Of a DNA stretch of 64,000 bases, positions 38,458 through 51,484 are shown piece by piece (within the stretch, counting starts at the first letter, position 1; each line of letters starts with the position of its first letter). The notes beneath the pieces were generated by a model that worked only from the letters and a program-made list of their open reading frames with translations, had not been told where the DNA came from and did no database searches. Location of the stretch: positions 11,470,001 through 11,534,000 of the forward strand of contig OZ024743.1 in the NCBI GenBank assembly GCA_964016885.1, read 5' to 3'. Origin of the DNA: Eledone cirrhosa. Its lineage: Eukaryota. A program made the translations under genes and the position numbers.

Positions 38458-40053
38458 TCTGTAAATCAAATTGTGGACAAAATGAAACGTTACAAACGGA
38501 AAAAACAATGTCCGATCTTCACCCATCAAGGATATCACAGATGTCAAATGAGATGTCAGTTTTCGGTATTTTAATTGCATAAATAATAATTATTTCTACT
38601 TTAGGCACAAGGCCAGCAATTTGAAGGGGGGAGGGGTCGATTAAATTGACCCCAGTGCATTACTGGTTCTTTATTTTATCAACCCCGTAAGGATGAAAGA
38701 CAACACTAACCTCGGTGGGATTTAAAATCAGAATGTAAAGGGCCGTAATTCTATGCCGCGAAGCATTTGGCCCGACGCTCTATCGATTCTGCCAGTTCAC
38801 TGAATGGTTACGGCTCGTACGACTTTGTGTTATTTTCTATAATAGCGATTATTGAAATAATACACAGAGTATATACACAAACTAAGGTGTGTGACAGAGT
38901 ATATACACAAAGGTGTGTAACAGAGTATATACACAAACTAAGGTGTGATAGTATATACACATACTAAGGTGTGTGACAGAGTATATACACAAACTAAGGT
39001 GTGTAACAGAGTATATACACAAACTAAGGTGTGTGACAGAGTATATACACAAACTAAGGTGTGTGACAGTGTATATACACAAACTAAGATGTCTAACAGA
39101 GTATATACACAAACTAAGGTGTGTGACAGAGTATATACACAAACTAAGGTGTGTAACAGTATATACACAAACATTTATTTTATTGTTTGAATTATTACAC
39201 CATTATCAGAATTTATACTATTAATTTAATATTTCTTCATATACAATGATTTAACCATGACTAAATACTGGTAGTAAATAAATCCCTATGAAATGTTTCA
39301 CCCAGGGCTTCGTTGATTGTCATTGATTAAGCGAATCTAAATGGAAACGGAGTTCTTTGTAAAAGTTTCAGCCAAGCAGACGACAGCTATTGCATTAAAG
39401 CGTGTGAGTTAAATGACGGTTAAAAAATATTTTTTGTTTAATGAAAACAAAACGACTAGTCTTTATCTTCACTCCTTACCACCACCACCACCGCCACCAT
39501 CACCCCACCTCTGCTATCACCACCACCACACTGCCACCATCACCACCACCACTGTCATCACCACTGCCACCATCACCACTGCCACCGCCATCACCACCAC
39601 CATATACGTCACCACTTTCAGATTTCAGTGTGTGTGTGTGATTGTGCCCCCCCCCCCCACTTAGTCTTTTTGCCTCTTCCTCTCTAGCTACCTTCCACCA
39701 CACACCTTTACCCCCCCCCCCACTTCTAATGACTGTATTCTCTCTCTCTCTGTCTTCTGCTTCTATTAACATTTTTCTCTGTCTCACTTCCCCTCCCATT
39801 AAAACACTTCTCTCTCTTTTACCCTTCCTCCATCCACGTAACATATGTACAAACAATATTATAAATAATTGTTTCTACTTTTGGCACAAGGCCAGCAATT
39901 TCCCAGTGTATTACTGGTACTTTATTTTATCGACCCCGTAAGGATGAAAGGCAAAGTTAACCTCGGCGGGATTTGAACTCAGAATGGCAAGGGCCGTACT
40001 CTATGCGTCAAAGCATGGCGTCCGATAATATTGGTTTTCCCATATATTTCTGT
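38012..40053 (+). repeat. Dispersed duplication, copy 2, with an extra SINE at ~39870-40025
   Basis: Matches 19434-21178; the SINE is absent from copy 1. Confidence 0.95.
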
Positions 40054-40239
40054 CATATGTGAAGGAATTTTTATTATTTTTTTTTTTTTTTGGTAGTTGT
40101 ACTAGATGATTGTATTTTAAGTGGGGTGTTTTGGGCTGTATTTTGTTGTTGAGTAAGGTTTTGTAAAGAAATATATATATATATTGTACCAAGCCTCTTA
40201 TATTATGTGGATCACCATTGAAGGATCTCTGGTATATAG

Positions 40240-40300
40240 ATTTTTTTCTGATGATAGGATTAAATATTCTTAATATTTAATCCTATCATCAGAAAAAAAT
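40240..40300. repeat. Perfect palindrome, 29-bp arms, 3-nt loop
   Basis: atttttttctgatgataggattaaatatt-ctt-aatatttaatcctatcatcagaaaaaaat. Confidence 0.9.
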
Positions 40301-40484
40301 TACAGAGTATATGGTACTAATTTATCTGGTAGCTACAACATGGCAGAAACCAAATATTGAACGCAATTAAAGCCTAAAGTTTGTGTTCTTAGTACCGGTA
40401 TAGTTGGTGGGTTCTAATTTTAATTATATTCAATTGGCTAATTGTATTTTGTGTTTTTGGCTATTTTAGGGTTGTTGTATTTAA

Positions 40485-40705
40485 CCCTTTAGCATTTAAA
40501 TCGGCCGTATCCGGCCAGAACTCTCTCACCTCTTACTGTTCAAACCAGCTGTAACTGGCCGCTCGTACCTACTTTAAAGTATTGTTCTCAAAATAAATAA
40601 CATCAAAATCTCGTAGATTCAATATTATGTGAGATAATTATGTAAGATAAAGTTTTTACTGTGAAAATACAATAATAAATATAGAATAATGTAAATGCTA
40701 AAGGG
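40485..40705. mobile_element. piggyBac-type MITE, complete
   Basis: TTAA-ccctttagcattta ... taaatgctaaaggg-TTAA. Confidence 0.9.
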
Positions 40706-42659
40706 TTAATTGCTATATAAGAAGTTTGACATTACTTTTCTCGAGCTTTTGTCCACTGTCAAGTTATGAATATGATCTAAGAGTTTCTTAAAAATGATCA
40801 TCTGGAACAACTAAATTTCATATCAAATGTTCAAACACCTCATTCACAATTACTAGGAGGGTTGTTTAAGTCTGTTGAAATCTATGAGTATGACAGCTAT
40901 TTCTTCCTGTTAGCATGGATGGGATGTTTAATGTTGGCTTTACCGTTAGATGCTTTTCCTGTTGCTAAACACTCAATTAAATAATGGAAATGGACATTTT
41001 TAATCAAGTAAGCAGAGTTATATATTTTTTACCAAGAGCACAACATAATGGTTGTTGTAAGGCTAGAACCTATAGCCATGCGATGATCAAGTTACCAGTA
41101 AGTAAACTCCACAGCTATCATACCTCAAGTATGTATGCATTAACAGAGTTATTGTATAGTGGCAAGAGTTACAAAACTATACAACTATAGAAGTGTGTAT
41201 ATGTGAGAATGTTTCAAACTTACAACATATGTCTAAATCTGTAATTGCAAATAAATGATTGAAACATGATAATCTGACAAATACTGGCAACCTGTTTTTC
41301 CCACCTGAATGGCAGTATTTAATTTCTTCGAGTTATTTTACCAAGGTAGATTTTCTTATCAATTGAATAAGAATAACTGAAAAGAAAAATATATTAATTA
41401 TAAAGCACAATCTCTTAATAAAAACATCAAACTTAACCTGAAAGCTTGAATCTGACTAAAAACACTAAAGTAGCTGAAAGAATACTAGATAAGCTAGGAT
41501 ACCATGTGGTTTAGTGTCGAGTGTCCTGGACTACTAACTAGTGTTTGCTTTTTTTCTGTTGTAAACGCTCTATCATCATCATTGTTTAACGTCCATTTTT
41601 CATGCTAGCATGGGTAGGACGTTCTGTCTCTTTGTAAGAGATCAGGTCGGAGGACCATGCTTCACTCACATAGAACTGATTTGGGCTTGGTTTCTACAGC
41701 TGGATGGCCTTCTTGTTAAAATGGTTCTGCTTTCTTTGGTGTAGAAACATCAGTAGATTTTTGTAAAAGTTCTTATATTCTTAAACTGCTTTTGTGAAGA
41801 TATACAAAAGTAATTCAAAAGTTTGAAAAAAAGTAAGAAGCTTGCTGAACAGAAACATGGATTCATCTTCTACTAGACTCACAGTTACTGTTCAATTTAA
41901 GGTTACCACTACTAAAAGAAAATATGATGTAAATTGAAAGATGATGGCTTTCTGAAATAGCCATACATCATATTATTTTGTATAACGTTTTAAAGAACAG
42001 AACTCTCTCTTATAATTAAAAAAATTACATTCAAATATTTTATTTCATTGAAAGGAGGTAACTATAAGAGTAGTCCCCCATGTAATGTTACCAGTCGCGA
42101 CAATGTAATGTTTTAGCAGTAAATATCTTTAAACGGGTTTCTTAATCCAATTTTTTGTATTATCTTTACTAGTGGACAGATGTTAAAATTTTAAATTTCA
42201 ATGTGATGCAGTTATTTTTCTGTTTTGTACTTTAGAAGAATGCATTGCTAATGTGGTTTCATGCGGTACAGGATGTTAAAAGTTAAAGAATTTGGAGGGA
42301 TTTACTAAAATTATTTATTTCATTATTGAGATAGCATTCGTAACATAACTTAACAAACATTTTTTTTTATAAAATCATCTTGGAATATTCTAAATCAAAT
42401 ATAAATTCTTTGAAATAAATGGGTTTTGTTTCAGAGAACCGGAACTGATTTTAATGAAATTGGTACCAAAATCGGTTAAAGCTATTTCGCCGGTCCCGTA
42501 AAATAGACAAACATGCTTTTAAAGCTTATTTTAGTAGTAAATATAAATAGTGTTAGGTTACGGTTTAAATTATCTTAATAATTGGTGGTGAAAATAAATA
42601 AACTTCTGTGTTAAATCTGAGTGTTATTATTTTTAACATTACCTGCCTTAATAATAAAT

Positions 42660-42975
42660 GTTTCTACTTTTGGCACAAGGTCAGCAATTACTCCAGTACA
42701 TTACTGGTACTTTATTTTATCGACCCCGTCAGGATGAAAGGCAAAGTTAACCTCGGCGGGATTTGAACTCAGAATGGCAAGGGCAATGATTTCTGATTTA
42801 GGCACAAGGCCAGCAATTTGAGAGGGAGGGGTAAATCGACCCCAGTGCATTACTGGTGCTTTATTTTATCGAACCCGTAAAGATGAAAGGTAAAGCTAAC
42901 CTCAGCGAGATTTGAACTCACACCGTAAAGGGCTGCAATTCTATGCCGCAAAGCATAGTGTCCGACACTCTTAGC
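42660..42975 (-). mobile_element. Two tandem family-1 SINEs
   Basis: SINE core twice (42660-42785, 42789-42975). Confidence 0.8.
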
Positions 42976-43092
42976 AGCAAAATAGCCTAGGAGGGGGAGA
43001 GCTATTTTACCGGGACAATAAAATATCGATAGTCTCACAATGTCATTGAATTTTTATTCTTTTTACTGCATTCCAATCATCTCTCCATAGTA

Positions 43093-43296
43093 CAGTGTGT
43101 TCGCTTTTTACGCGAAGATGCATTCGTGAACGAGACACGTAAAGCAAATTCGTGTAATTCAAGTCTAATATTTCTGATAAATAAAAAAATAAAAAACCAC
43201 ACGCGTTATTCGCGCAAAGTGAATATTTAATATTTTTTCAAGACACGTTAAAGCGAATTTGCGTACTTCAAGTTCGCATAAAAAGCAAACAAACTG
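43093..43296. mobile_element. Tc1/pogo(Tigger)-type MITE
   Basis: TA-cagtgtgttcgctttttacgcgaa ... ttcgcataaaaagcaaacaaactg-TA. Confidence 0.85.
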
Positions 43297-43688
43297 TACT
43301 CAGGACAGCGTTTATACAAAAACGATGTACATTTATTTTGCTTTCTTTTTAACCGACACTGAATATGTACTTATCACCATATATGAAGAGATTATAAACT
43401 GAATTTTTTATTAATAAATTTGTATTTTAATGACTCCATGTTTTGTAAATATAAAAAATACAAGCACATTTAAACTACAGTACAGGTGATAGTCTTAATA
43501 AACAAACTGGCTAACAACAGACAAACAGTCAAGAGAATTACTTTACCGATTGTATTAAAGATAGATTCTTTCTGTGTAAAGGAACAATTTCATTTCTTGG
43601 TTTCTTAAATGGAACAATCAATGATTCCGAAGCCTTTCTTTTAAGATCCATATTGAAGGAATAATAACAACCAGCACTACAACGCTAT

Positions 43689-43838
43689 TAGCTGTCAGTC
43701 GAAAGCAGCCGATGAAAGCAAAACATCGTTTATTTCCGTATTACTACCACGCGTAAGTGGAGTTACTTGGTGGTAGTAATACGGAAATAAACGATGACGA
43801 GTGACGTCACCTTCGGCTGCTTTCACGACTGACAGCTA
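43689..43838. repeat. 150-bp two-tier hairpin (27-bp perfect inner stem, ~24-bp outer stem)
   Basis: tagctgtcagtcgaaagcagccga / tcggctgctttcacgactgacagcta; catcgtttatttccgtattactaccac / gtggtagtaatacggaaataaacgatg. Confidence 0.9.
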
Positions 43839-43973
43839 TATATCACGTGAACACAATTACATTATTCTTTCAAAAGGAAAAGTTTGGCGCCATTTTTCTC
43901 CCGGGAACAGATCAAATGTCAACAAACGTAGAAGAAAAAAAACAGTAAAAGCAAAAGATAAGAAAATGTAAGT
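43800..43973 (+). promoter_or_regulatory. Candidate Pol II promoter / first exon
   Basis: TGACGTCA (CRE site), CACGTG E-box, GGCGCCATTTT (YY1-like), then donor GTAAGT near 43968. Confidence 0.35.
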
Positions 43974-44394
43974 AATATCAAATAATTATTAAAAACGTTA
44001 TAGGAGTCGCATTACACGAATAATTAAGTTTCATACATGTTCAATATATGTGTGTATGTATGTATATATATGTATTTTATGTGATGAAAGCGGTGGCCCT
44101 TAAAATAGGAATAAAATAAATATGGTTTTATAAATATAGTTTCCATTTATTAATATATTGTATATATATATATATGTATGTATGTATATATATATGTATG
44201 TAAAAAAAAATTATCAGCAATTAAATGAGATTTTATTGTTTTATATTTTGTATCTCGGCTCTGTAATACATTTGGTAACTGGCTAGTACTTAGTACTACC
44301 ATCCATATTTATAATCATATATAAGTATAAATATTATTATTATTACTATGTATGTATATATATATATATATATATGTAGGAGGTGAGTTTTATT

Positions 44395-45672
44395 GTATTA
44401 ACTATAACATCTCTTGGAAGAAGGTTTGTTCTGCTTCTACATACTTGAATAGTGCTCCATCCAAGACATGCAATCTCTATTTATGTGAAAAATTTATCAT
44501 TATATCTAATTTAGATTCTAGAATAAATAGACGCACTGACTTGTTTTCTCTCTGCTTGCATAAATTCCACAGAACATTTCATAAAGTATACAGCTAATAT
44601 CTAATACTTTATCAATTTAAAATCCTTTTCTCAAAGGCACACATATATATATATATATATATTTCTTTAAAAATATACCCATCTTTCTACCTTATTTCAA
44701 TGTTATTTATTATACATTATATAATACTAGTTACTCATTCTATATCACTCCTATTTATCACTTCCCTTTCTTTCTTTTTTCCTTTTTTCTTTTCTTTTTC
44801 TTTTAATTTCTAACCCCTAATCTGTATCTTTTCTTCCTAGATACTTCTCAATTATCATTGTGCCTAACGTAGAAACAATTATTACTCAGCACAATATATT
44901 CTTACTTTATATCACCTTGAAAAAATTCTTCGTAAACATAAACACTTTTTTGACGTTAGATTATTCATCCTCAATACATAATTTTTTCTCCCTTTCATGC
45001 TCATCTAACTTATACATATTACACTTATTCATCCACTCTTCTACTTCTTTCACAATATATCCTTAATTACATTACTATTGCTATATTTTTATATTTTTTA
45101 ATAACACATATCAACAATTTTTTCCATCGCACATATTATTAAACCCTTAAATATTATTCTTAATACATATTAACAATTTCTTTTCATCGCACATATTATT
45201 AAACCCTTAAATATACAACTTAATTTAACATTATTCTAAAAATTTTCTCTTCGTTAATTATCAAATTCTTTTAATTTATATATTATCTTCCAACGGTTTT
45301 TCAACCTCTCTATGTAAAACAATATATTTTTCTCAGTTATAAAAGCTATCTCTCTCTCTCTATCACCCATCTCTCCTCCTATCTCATCCTTCCTCATTAT
45401 ACTCCTCCCCCTCCACTTTTTACTCTCATCTCCTCCTCTTTTTCATCCTTTCCACCCCCCCCCCCCCTCAATTTTTTTTCCAATATCACACATCAATCTA
45501 AAACTACTTTTCATATGTTGATTTGAAACTGCACTATTCACAAGTGTGTTTTAACCTTCATATCATGTCTCCCTATTTTATCTGACGAAAACGCAAATGT
45601 TATTGCATGATGATATTTGTTTTTGAAATGCGCATAATAAAATACATGGAACTCTTTTAACCATCTTTTGAT

Positions 45673-45680
<8 letters not shown>
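44395..45680 (+). mobile_element. Penelope-like element 3' end (C-terminus, UTR, pLTR)
   Basis: INYNISWKKVCSASTY..SKTCNLYLCEKFII..INRRTDLFSLCLH resembles a PLE C-terminus; hammerhead downstream; pLTR shared with 23827-23985. Confidence 0.7.
45574..45644 (+). ncRNA. Minimal type-I hammerhead ribozyme
   Basis: tattttat-CTGACGA-stem II-GAAA-tgcgc-ATA-ataaaata. Confidence 0.8.
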
Positions 45681-45729
<49 letters not shown>

Positions 45730-46905
45730 GTGTGTGTATATATAATAATAAAGAAGATTATTTTTTAATACTTATTTCAAAGACATATGTCATTTGTATA
45801 ATATCTGCCCTGCGTGTTTTCTTCCGACAAAAATCCATGCAAGATGTAAATATCCGTTGATATGAGATATTCCTTGATATCCGTTGATATGAGAACACGT
45901 AGGGCAGATGTTATACAAATGAAATACGCATAATAAAATAAATAGGGATGGGAAAATGATACCGTCTTTCTTGTTTATTATTATAACCCGCCAAGGTTAA
46001 CTTTGCCTTTCATCATTATGGGGTCGATAAAATAAAGTAATAGTAATACACTGGGTAATTGCTGGCCTTGTGCCAAAGTAGAAACAATTATTATAATAAA
46101 ACTCCGGATAAACATAAACTGTTGAGTGTTTGTCATCTCTTATGATGACAAACATATTTTCAATCAACCAACTTTCCTTAGTTGAATAAATATATGTATG
46201 TATATATATATATATATACGTATATTTTCTTTAATATTGCAACATTAAAGGAATATATCCTTCTGAAAGAATCGTGAGCAATTTATAATGTTATTTAAGC
46301 ATTGGTAATGTTATTTATGTATATATTTAAAACATATTTGCTGTTATTCTACTGTAAATTTATTTATATGCTTTGCATATATTATATATACACAAATAAT
46401 GAATCTGTATATCAAAACATCGTTTGTATTATTCAATCAGTTTATTGAACAACTAGAATGCTCATTGTCAAGTACTTTATACATATATATGTGTGTGTGT
46501 ATGTATGTATGAATCTATATATATGTATATATATATGTATGAATATATATATGTATGTATGTATGTATATATATGTGTGTATGTATATATATGTGTGTAT
46601 GCATATATGTGTGTGTGTATGTATATATGTGTGTGTATGCATATATGTGTGTGTGTATGTATATATATATATATGAAGATAAATTAACGGAGCCATAGAG
46701 TCGCGTTATTCCCTGTAAATTATGTGCTCAAAGGGAAAGGACTCCTATACATATTGTATATGTATATATATATATATGCATGTATATATATATATATATA
46801 TATATGCATGTATATATATGTATATGTGTATATATATGCATGTATATGTGTATTTGTATATATGTACATATATGAATGTATGTGTATATATATAGATGTA
46901 ATCTG

Positions 46906-48065
46906 AATAGTATGGTAGAATATTAAGTGTTAAATGTTAATTAAACAAGTACTTTCATGCTTTCGCAATCTTCAGGTCCATATTCTGTGGTGACAGTCAA
47001 GTTTGCAATTTTCAACTGTAATGAGATGGGTAAATTTTGTTCCTTATATACAGTGAAAAGCGGCTACAGAATGCTACATTTTTCAAACTGTATTTCGACC
47101 AATTGGTGTGTAGTTTCACTGGATTACTGAAGCTGATTGGTTTAGGCGTCATGGTTGGTTGAGCATGTCTAACAACTTCTATTTGGCCCTATTCAAAGCA
47201 TCAATTGTTTTTCTATTTTTAGAAATGATGTAAATAGCATTTTCTAGGGTTTTTATATCCCTAAGAATTTGTATTGTTCATTTAGCTTGGGTTGGAATTT
47301 ATCAATAAAATCCTTTTCTTTGATTTTTCTCTTGATTGCACTTGGCCTGTGTAATTTGTAGAATGGAAATATTATAAATATTTTCTGACCACATGCTTCT
47401 AGATGGTTACTAAGGGGTATCTGACGGACATTTGGGTCTCTGATTTGCTGTCGGTGCACCCGTGCACGTTCTGATAGTGCATTTCCAGTTTGACCGACAT
47501 ATAGTTCTTCACAATTCGGGCATTTAATGCAGTAAATTAGATTTCTGCTTTTGGAATTTGGGAATATTTTTCAAAATTTCAACCCAAGCTAAATGAACAA
47601 TAATAATTCTTAGGGGTATAAAAACCCTAGAAAATGCTATTTTCATCATTTCTAAAAATAGCAAAACAATTGATGCTTTGAATAGGGCCAAATAGAAGTC
47701 GTTAGACATGCCCAAGCAACCGTGATGCCTAAACCAATCAGCTTCAGTAATCCAGTGAAATACAGTTTGAAAAATGTAGCATTCTGTAGCCGCTTTTCAC
47801 TGTATATAAGGCACAAAATTTACCCATCTCATTCCAGTTGAAAATTGTAAAATTGACTGTCACCACAGAATATGAACCTGAAGATTGCGAAAGCATGAGA
47901 TTACTTGTTCAATTAACACTTAATACTTAATATTCTACCATACTATTTCATTCTAATACCATTATAATTTTAAAGGATTATAAATAAAACGAGTAAATCA
48001 GACAAAGTTAGAATTCCTTTTATTAATATAATCTTCTATACACAATCATACACACCCGTGTATAT
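46906..48065 (-). mobile_element. 5'-truncated Penelope-like element with inverted pLTRs (arms 46906-47300 / 47574-47947)
   Basis: Centre (47253-47545, minus) encodes NLIYCIKCPNCEELYVGQTG..RARVHRQQI..KEKDFIDKFQPKLN (GIY-YIG); ~380-bp inverted arms. Confidence 0.9.
46943..46979 (-). ncRNA. Minimal hammerhead ribozyme in pLTR
   Basis: ggac-CTGAAGA-t-tgc-gaaa-gca-t-GAAA-gta-CTT-gttt; the mirror copy 47873-47911 has GAAA>GAGA. Confidence 0.7.
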
Positions 48066-48100
48066 TTATTTATATATATGTATATATATATATATGTATA

Positions 48101-48155
<55 letters not shown>

Positions 48156-48889
48156 TTTAAGCTATTTTGTCGTATCTCTGTTCAGGAACACACCACTTAT
48201 ATTAAATTTATCTCCCTGGAGCTTTGTAAAAGTCTAAGAGATTGGCTACATATATGTTTTATATATATATATTTTTTTTGTTTAGATGGAAGACAAAACA
48301 AAGAAGATGAATACAAAGATGAAGAAGATAAAGATGAAGAACCTCACTGCATCGCACTGCACAATACCGCACTGCACAACACCACACAGAACCGCACCGC
48401 ACTGCACCACACCACAGTGCACCCCACCACATCACACCACATATCACCACACCACATAAAAACATACAACATTACACCATACTACTCCACAACACACCAC
48501 TCCTCACTACAACACAACACAACACACCACTCCACACGACATAACACCCAAAATTTTTTCCTCGTCTTTTTTTCATGTGTTATCAACTAATCTGATCTCC
48601 AAGATGTTTGTTATTGACTTTCTCTTCATGGAAAACTTAGGTGGATGCACTTCTCTCATTTAACCCCAGAGTTTTCTCTAAGATTTTTCGTATGTTATCA
48701 ATGAATATGACCTCCAAACCAGTTGGAAATGATTAGTTGTTCTAGGAAAAAGGAGGGGTAAAGCAGGTGGAAAAACCATTGTCGTTTTGTAGATATATTC
48801 CCTAATGATTTTTCTTCGGTCTCCTTTTCAGTGCTATCAACTAATCTGACCTTTTAGTTGCTCTGAATCAATTTTTTTTTCCTGGGATT

Positions 48890-49270
48890 TGGAAACTAAA
48901 ACTAAATTAAACATAAAATTAAATCTAGCCCCAACCCTAAACTCTAAATCTAAACCAAACGAAGCTAAATCTAAATATAAACATTACCCCAACCCTTAAA
49001 CTAAACCCTAAACTATACCCCAACCATAAAACTAAACCCTAAACTATACCCCAACCATAAAACTAAACCCTAAACATTACCCCAACCATAAAACTAAACC
49101 CTAAACTTTACCCCAAACCTAAAACTAAACCCTAAACTTTACCCCTAAAACTAAACCCTAAACTTTACCCCAACCCTAAAACTAGACCCTAAACATTACC
49201 CCAGCCTTAAAACTAAACCCTAAACTTTACCCCAATCCTAAAACTAAACCCTAAACCCTAAACCTAACCC
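48890..49270 (+). repeat. Telomere-like (TAAACC/TAACCC-derived) ~30-bp tandem array
   Basis: aaaactaaaccctaaactttaccccaaccct repeated ~9 times. Confidence 0.85.
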
Positions 49271-49327
49271 AGGGAAATAAATTGATTGGAAGTATCTAGG
49301 AGGTCAGATTAATTAATAGCACAGAAA

Positions 49328-49484
49328 ATAGCATAGGAAATAGCATAGGAATTAGCATAGGAATTAGCATAGGATTAGCATAGGAATTAGCATAGGAATT
49401 AGCATAGGATTTAGCATAGGAATTAGCATAGGATTTAGCATAGGAATTAGCATAGGAATTAGCATAGGAAATAGCATAGGAAAT
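49328..49484. repeat. 12-bp tandem repeat (ttagcataggaa)~13
   Basis: Direct reading. Confidence 0.95.
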
Positions 49485-51015
49485 ATACCGAAAATGATTA
49501 AGTCCCACAACATGTGAGTAGGGTGTAGATCTGCAAAACTCTTCCCCTCTCCCTCTCCTCTTTCTCCAAAGCTAGTTGTTTTTGACTGGTTTGGAAGTCA
49601 TATTCACTGATAACGCATGAAAATAGAATCAAAGAGAAAATTCCGAGTAAGCAGGGGTTATCCAGGTGAAGAGGGAACCACCTCACCCCGCCGTTTTCCT
49701 GGGGGGAAAACGTCAGTTTCAAGCATCTTGGAGATTGGATTAGTTGATAGCACATGAAAAATAGGATGAAAAAATTTCACATCACATCACACCTCCTCTC
49801 GTCTCACCTCATTTCACCACGCCACGCCACATTTCATCACATCACATCACATTTCACCACGCCACGCCACATTTCATCACATCACATCACATTTCACCAT
49901 GCCACATCACATCACACCACATGCTACCACACTATATCCCACCACACTCCACTACACCATATCCCCACCCTACATTGAACCACACTCCACTCCACTCCAC
50001 CATACTCCACTACACCACACCACTAAACCACACTCCACTACACTACACCACACCACTGTCCACTACACTAAACCACACTCCACTACACTACACCACACTA
50101 CGCTACACCACACCACTGTCTATTCGACTGTTTTCTATTTCGTAGGTATGTCCAGTTACAGTAAGAGAAAGTAATTTCAAAGGATCTGAGTAAGTAAACA
50201 CTTCATTGACCATCATTTTAAGCAGAATCTCAGTGTAGTTTTAAATTGACCTTTTCATATGATTACACCTCAGTCTTAACTTAATCACCTGTAGATGGAT
50301 GCTACATGTAATGTTAAAATTAGTTAAACACTGTTTCCCCCTTCTCATCACATGTGGATGCTACATGTGTATTGTTAACATTAATCTCACGTTGTGTCCC
50401 CCCCCCCCGCCTCACCATATCATACCACACCACATCACACCATGTTGTACCACACCAGACCACATAACACCATGCTATACCATATATATATATATATATG
50501 AGCTCTCCACTCGTTATATTAACTGTATCTCCTCGGTGTTTCGTGAAAGTCTGAGAGATCAGCTATATATTTGTTTACAATTTTTTTTTTATATTTAGAT
50601 GGAAAAGAAGAAAAAGACGACGAAGCAGATGACTAAAATGAAAATGACAACAAAGACAAAGAAGACACAGGAAACGAAGATGACGAAAAGAAGAAGAAAG
50701 TATGATCTCAGTTCAGTCTAAACCTAATGATTTATAGATATGATCTTAGTTCAGCCTTAACCTAATGACCTGTAGATACGATCTATTTAGGTTTAACTTA
50801 AACATTCAAAGATATTTGTATATACTTTTGTTGATATTTGACATTGTTTTTTAGTTATGAAATAGCTTATAAGCTACATTATAGGATCACAGTGCATGAG
50901 CACACTGCTCTTTAAATTAACTTTATCTCCTCACCACTTTGTAAAGTCTGAGAGATAGGCAACATATGTTTTACATTCTTTGTTTTTGGTATTTAGATGG
51001 CAGAGGAGAAGATAA

Positions 51016-51190
51016 AGGCACAGAAGAAGTCAAAAGCACAGAAGAAGTCAAAAGCACAGAAGTCAAAAGCACAGAAGAAGTCAAAAGCACAGAAGTCAAA
51101 AGCACAGAAGAAGTCAAAAGCACAGAAGAAGTCGAAGGCACAGAAGAAGTCAAAGGCACAGAAGAAGTCAAAGGCACAGAAGAAGTCAAA
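51016..51190 (+). repeat. 18/15-bp tandem repeat (gcacagaagaagtcaaaa)~10
   Basis: Direct reading; unit lengths are multiples of 3. Confidence 0.95.
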
Positions 51191-51484
51191 GAAAATGAAC
51201 AAGAACAATTATTATTACTATTATTATTATTATTATTTGTATTATTATAATCAAACTAAGCCACACTACATCAACCTATACCACACCACACCACACTGAC
51301 AAACATTATACCATACCACATTATCCAACACCACACTACAAAACACTGTACGACCTCACATCAGACCATGCTACGAAACAATATACCATACTACACTATA
51401 CAACAATAGACAACACCACACAAGACTATGAAACACTATACTTTACCACACTATATCACACCACTCAAGTTAGAGAGGATCAAC

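Larger units (their letters stand above)
48565..49765. mobile_element. Foldback/MITE-like element with three nested inverted-repeat tiers
   Basis: catgtgttatcaactaatctgatctccaagatg / catcttggagattggattagttgatagcacatg; second pair ~48690 / 49590; third pair ~48825-48886 / 49267-49328. Confidence 0.75.

Noticed and set aside
48890-49270. True or interstitial telomere
   Set aside because: Degenerate 30-bp units enclosed in inverted repeats, not (TTAGGG)n.
49754-50174. His-rich protein ORFs
   Set aside because: Translation of CACNA pentamer tracts; all frames read alike.
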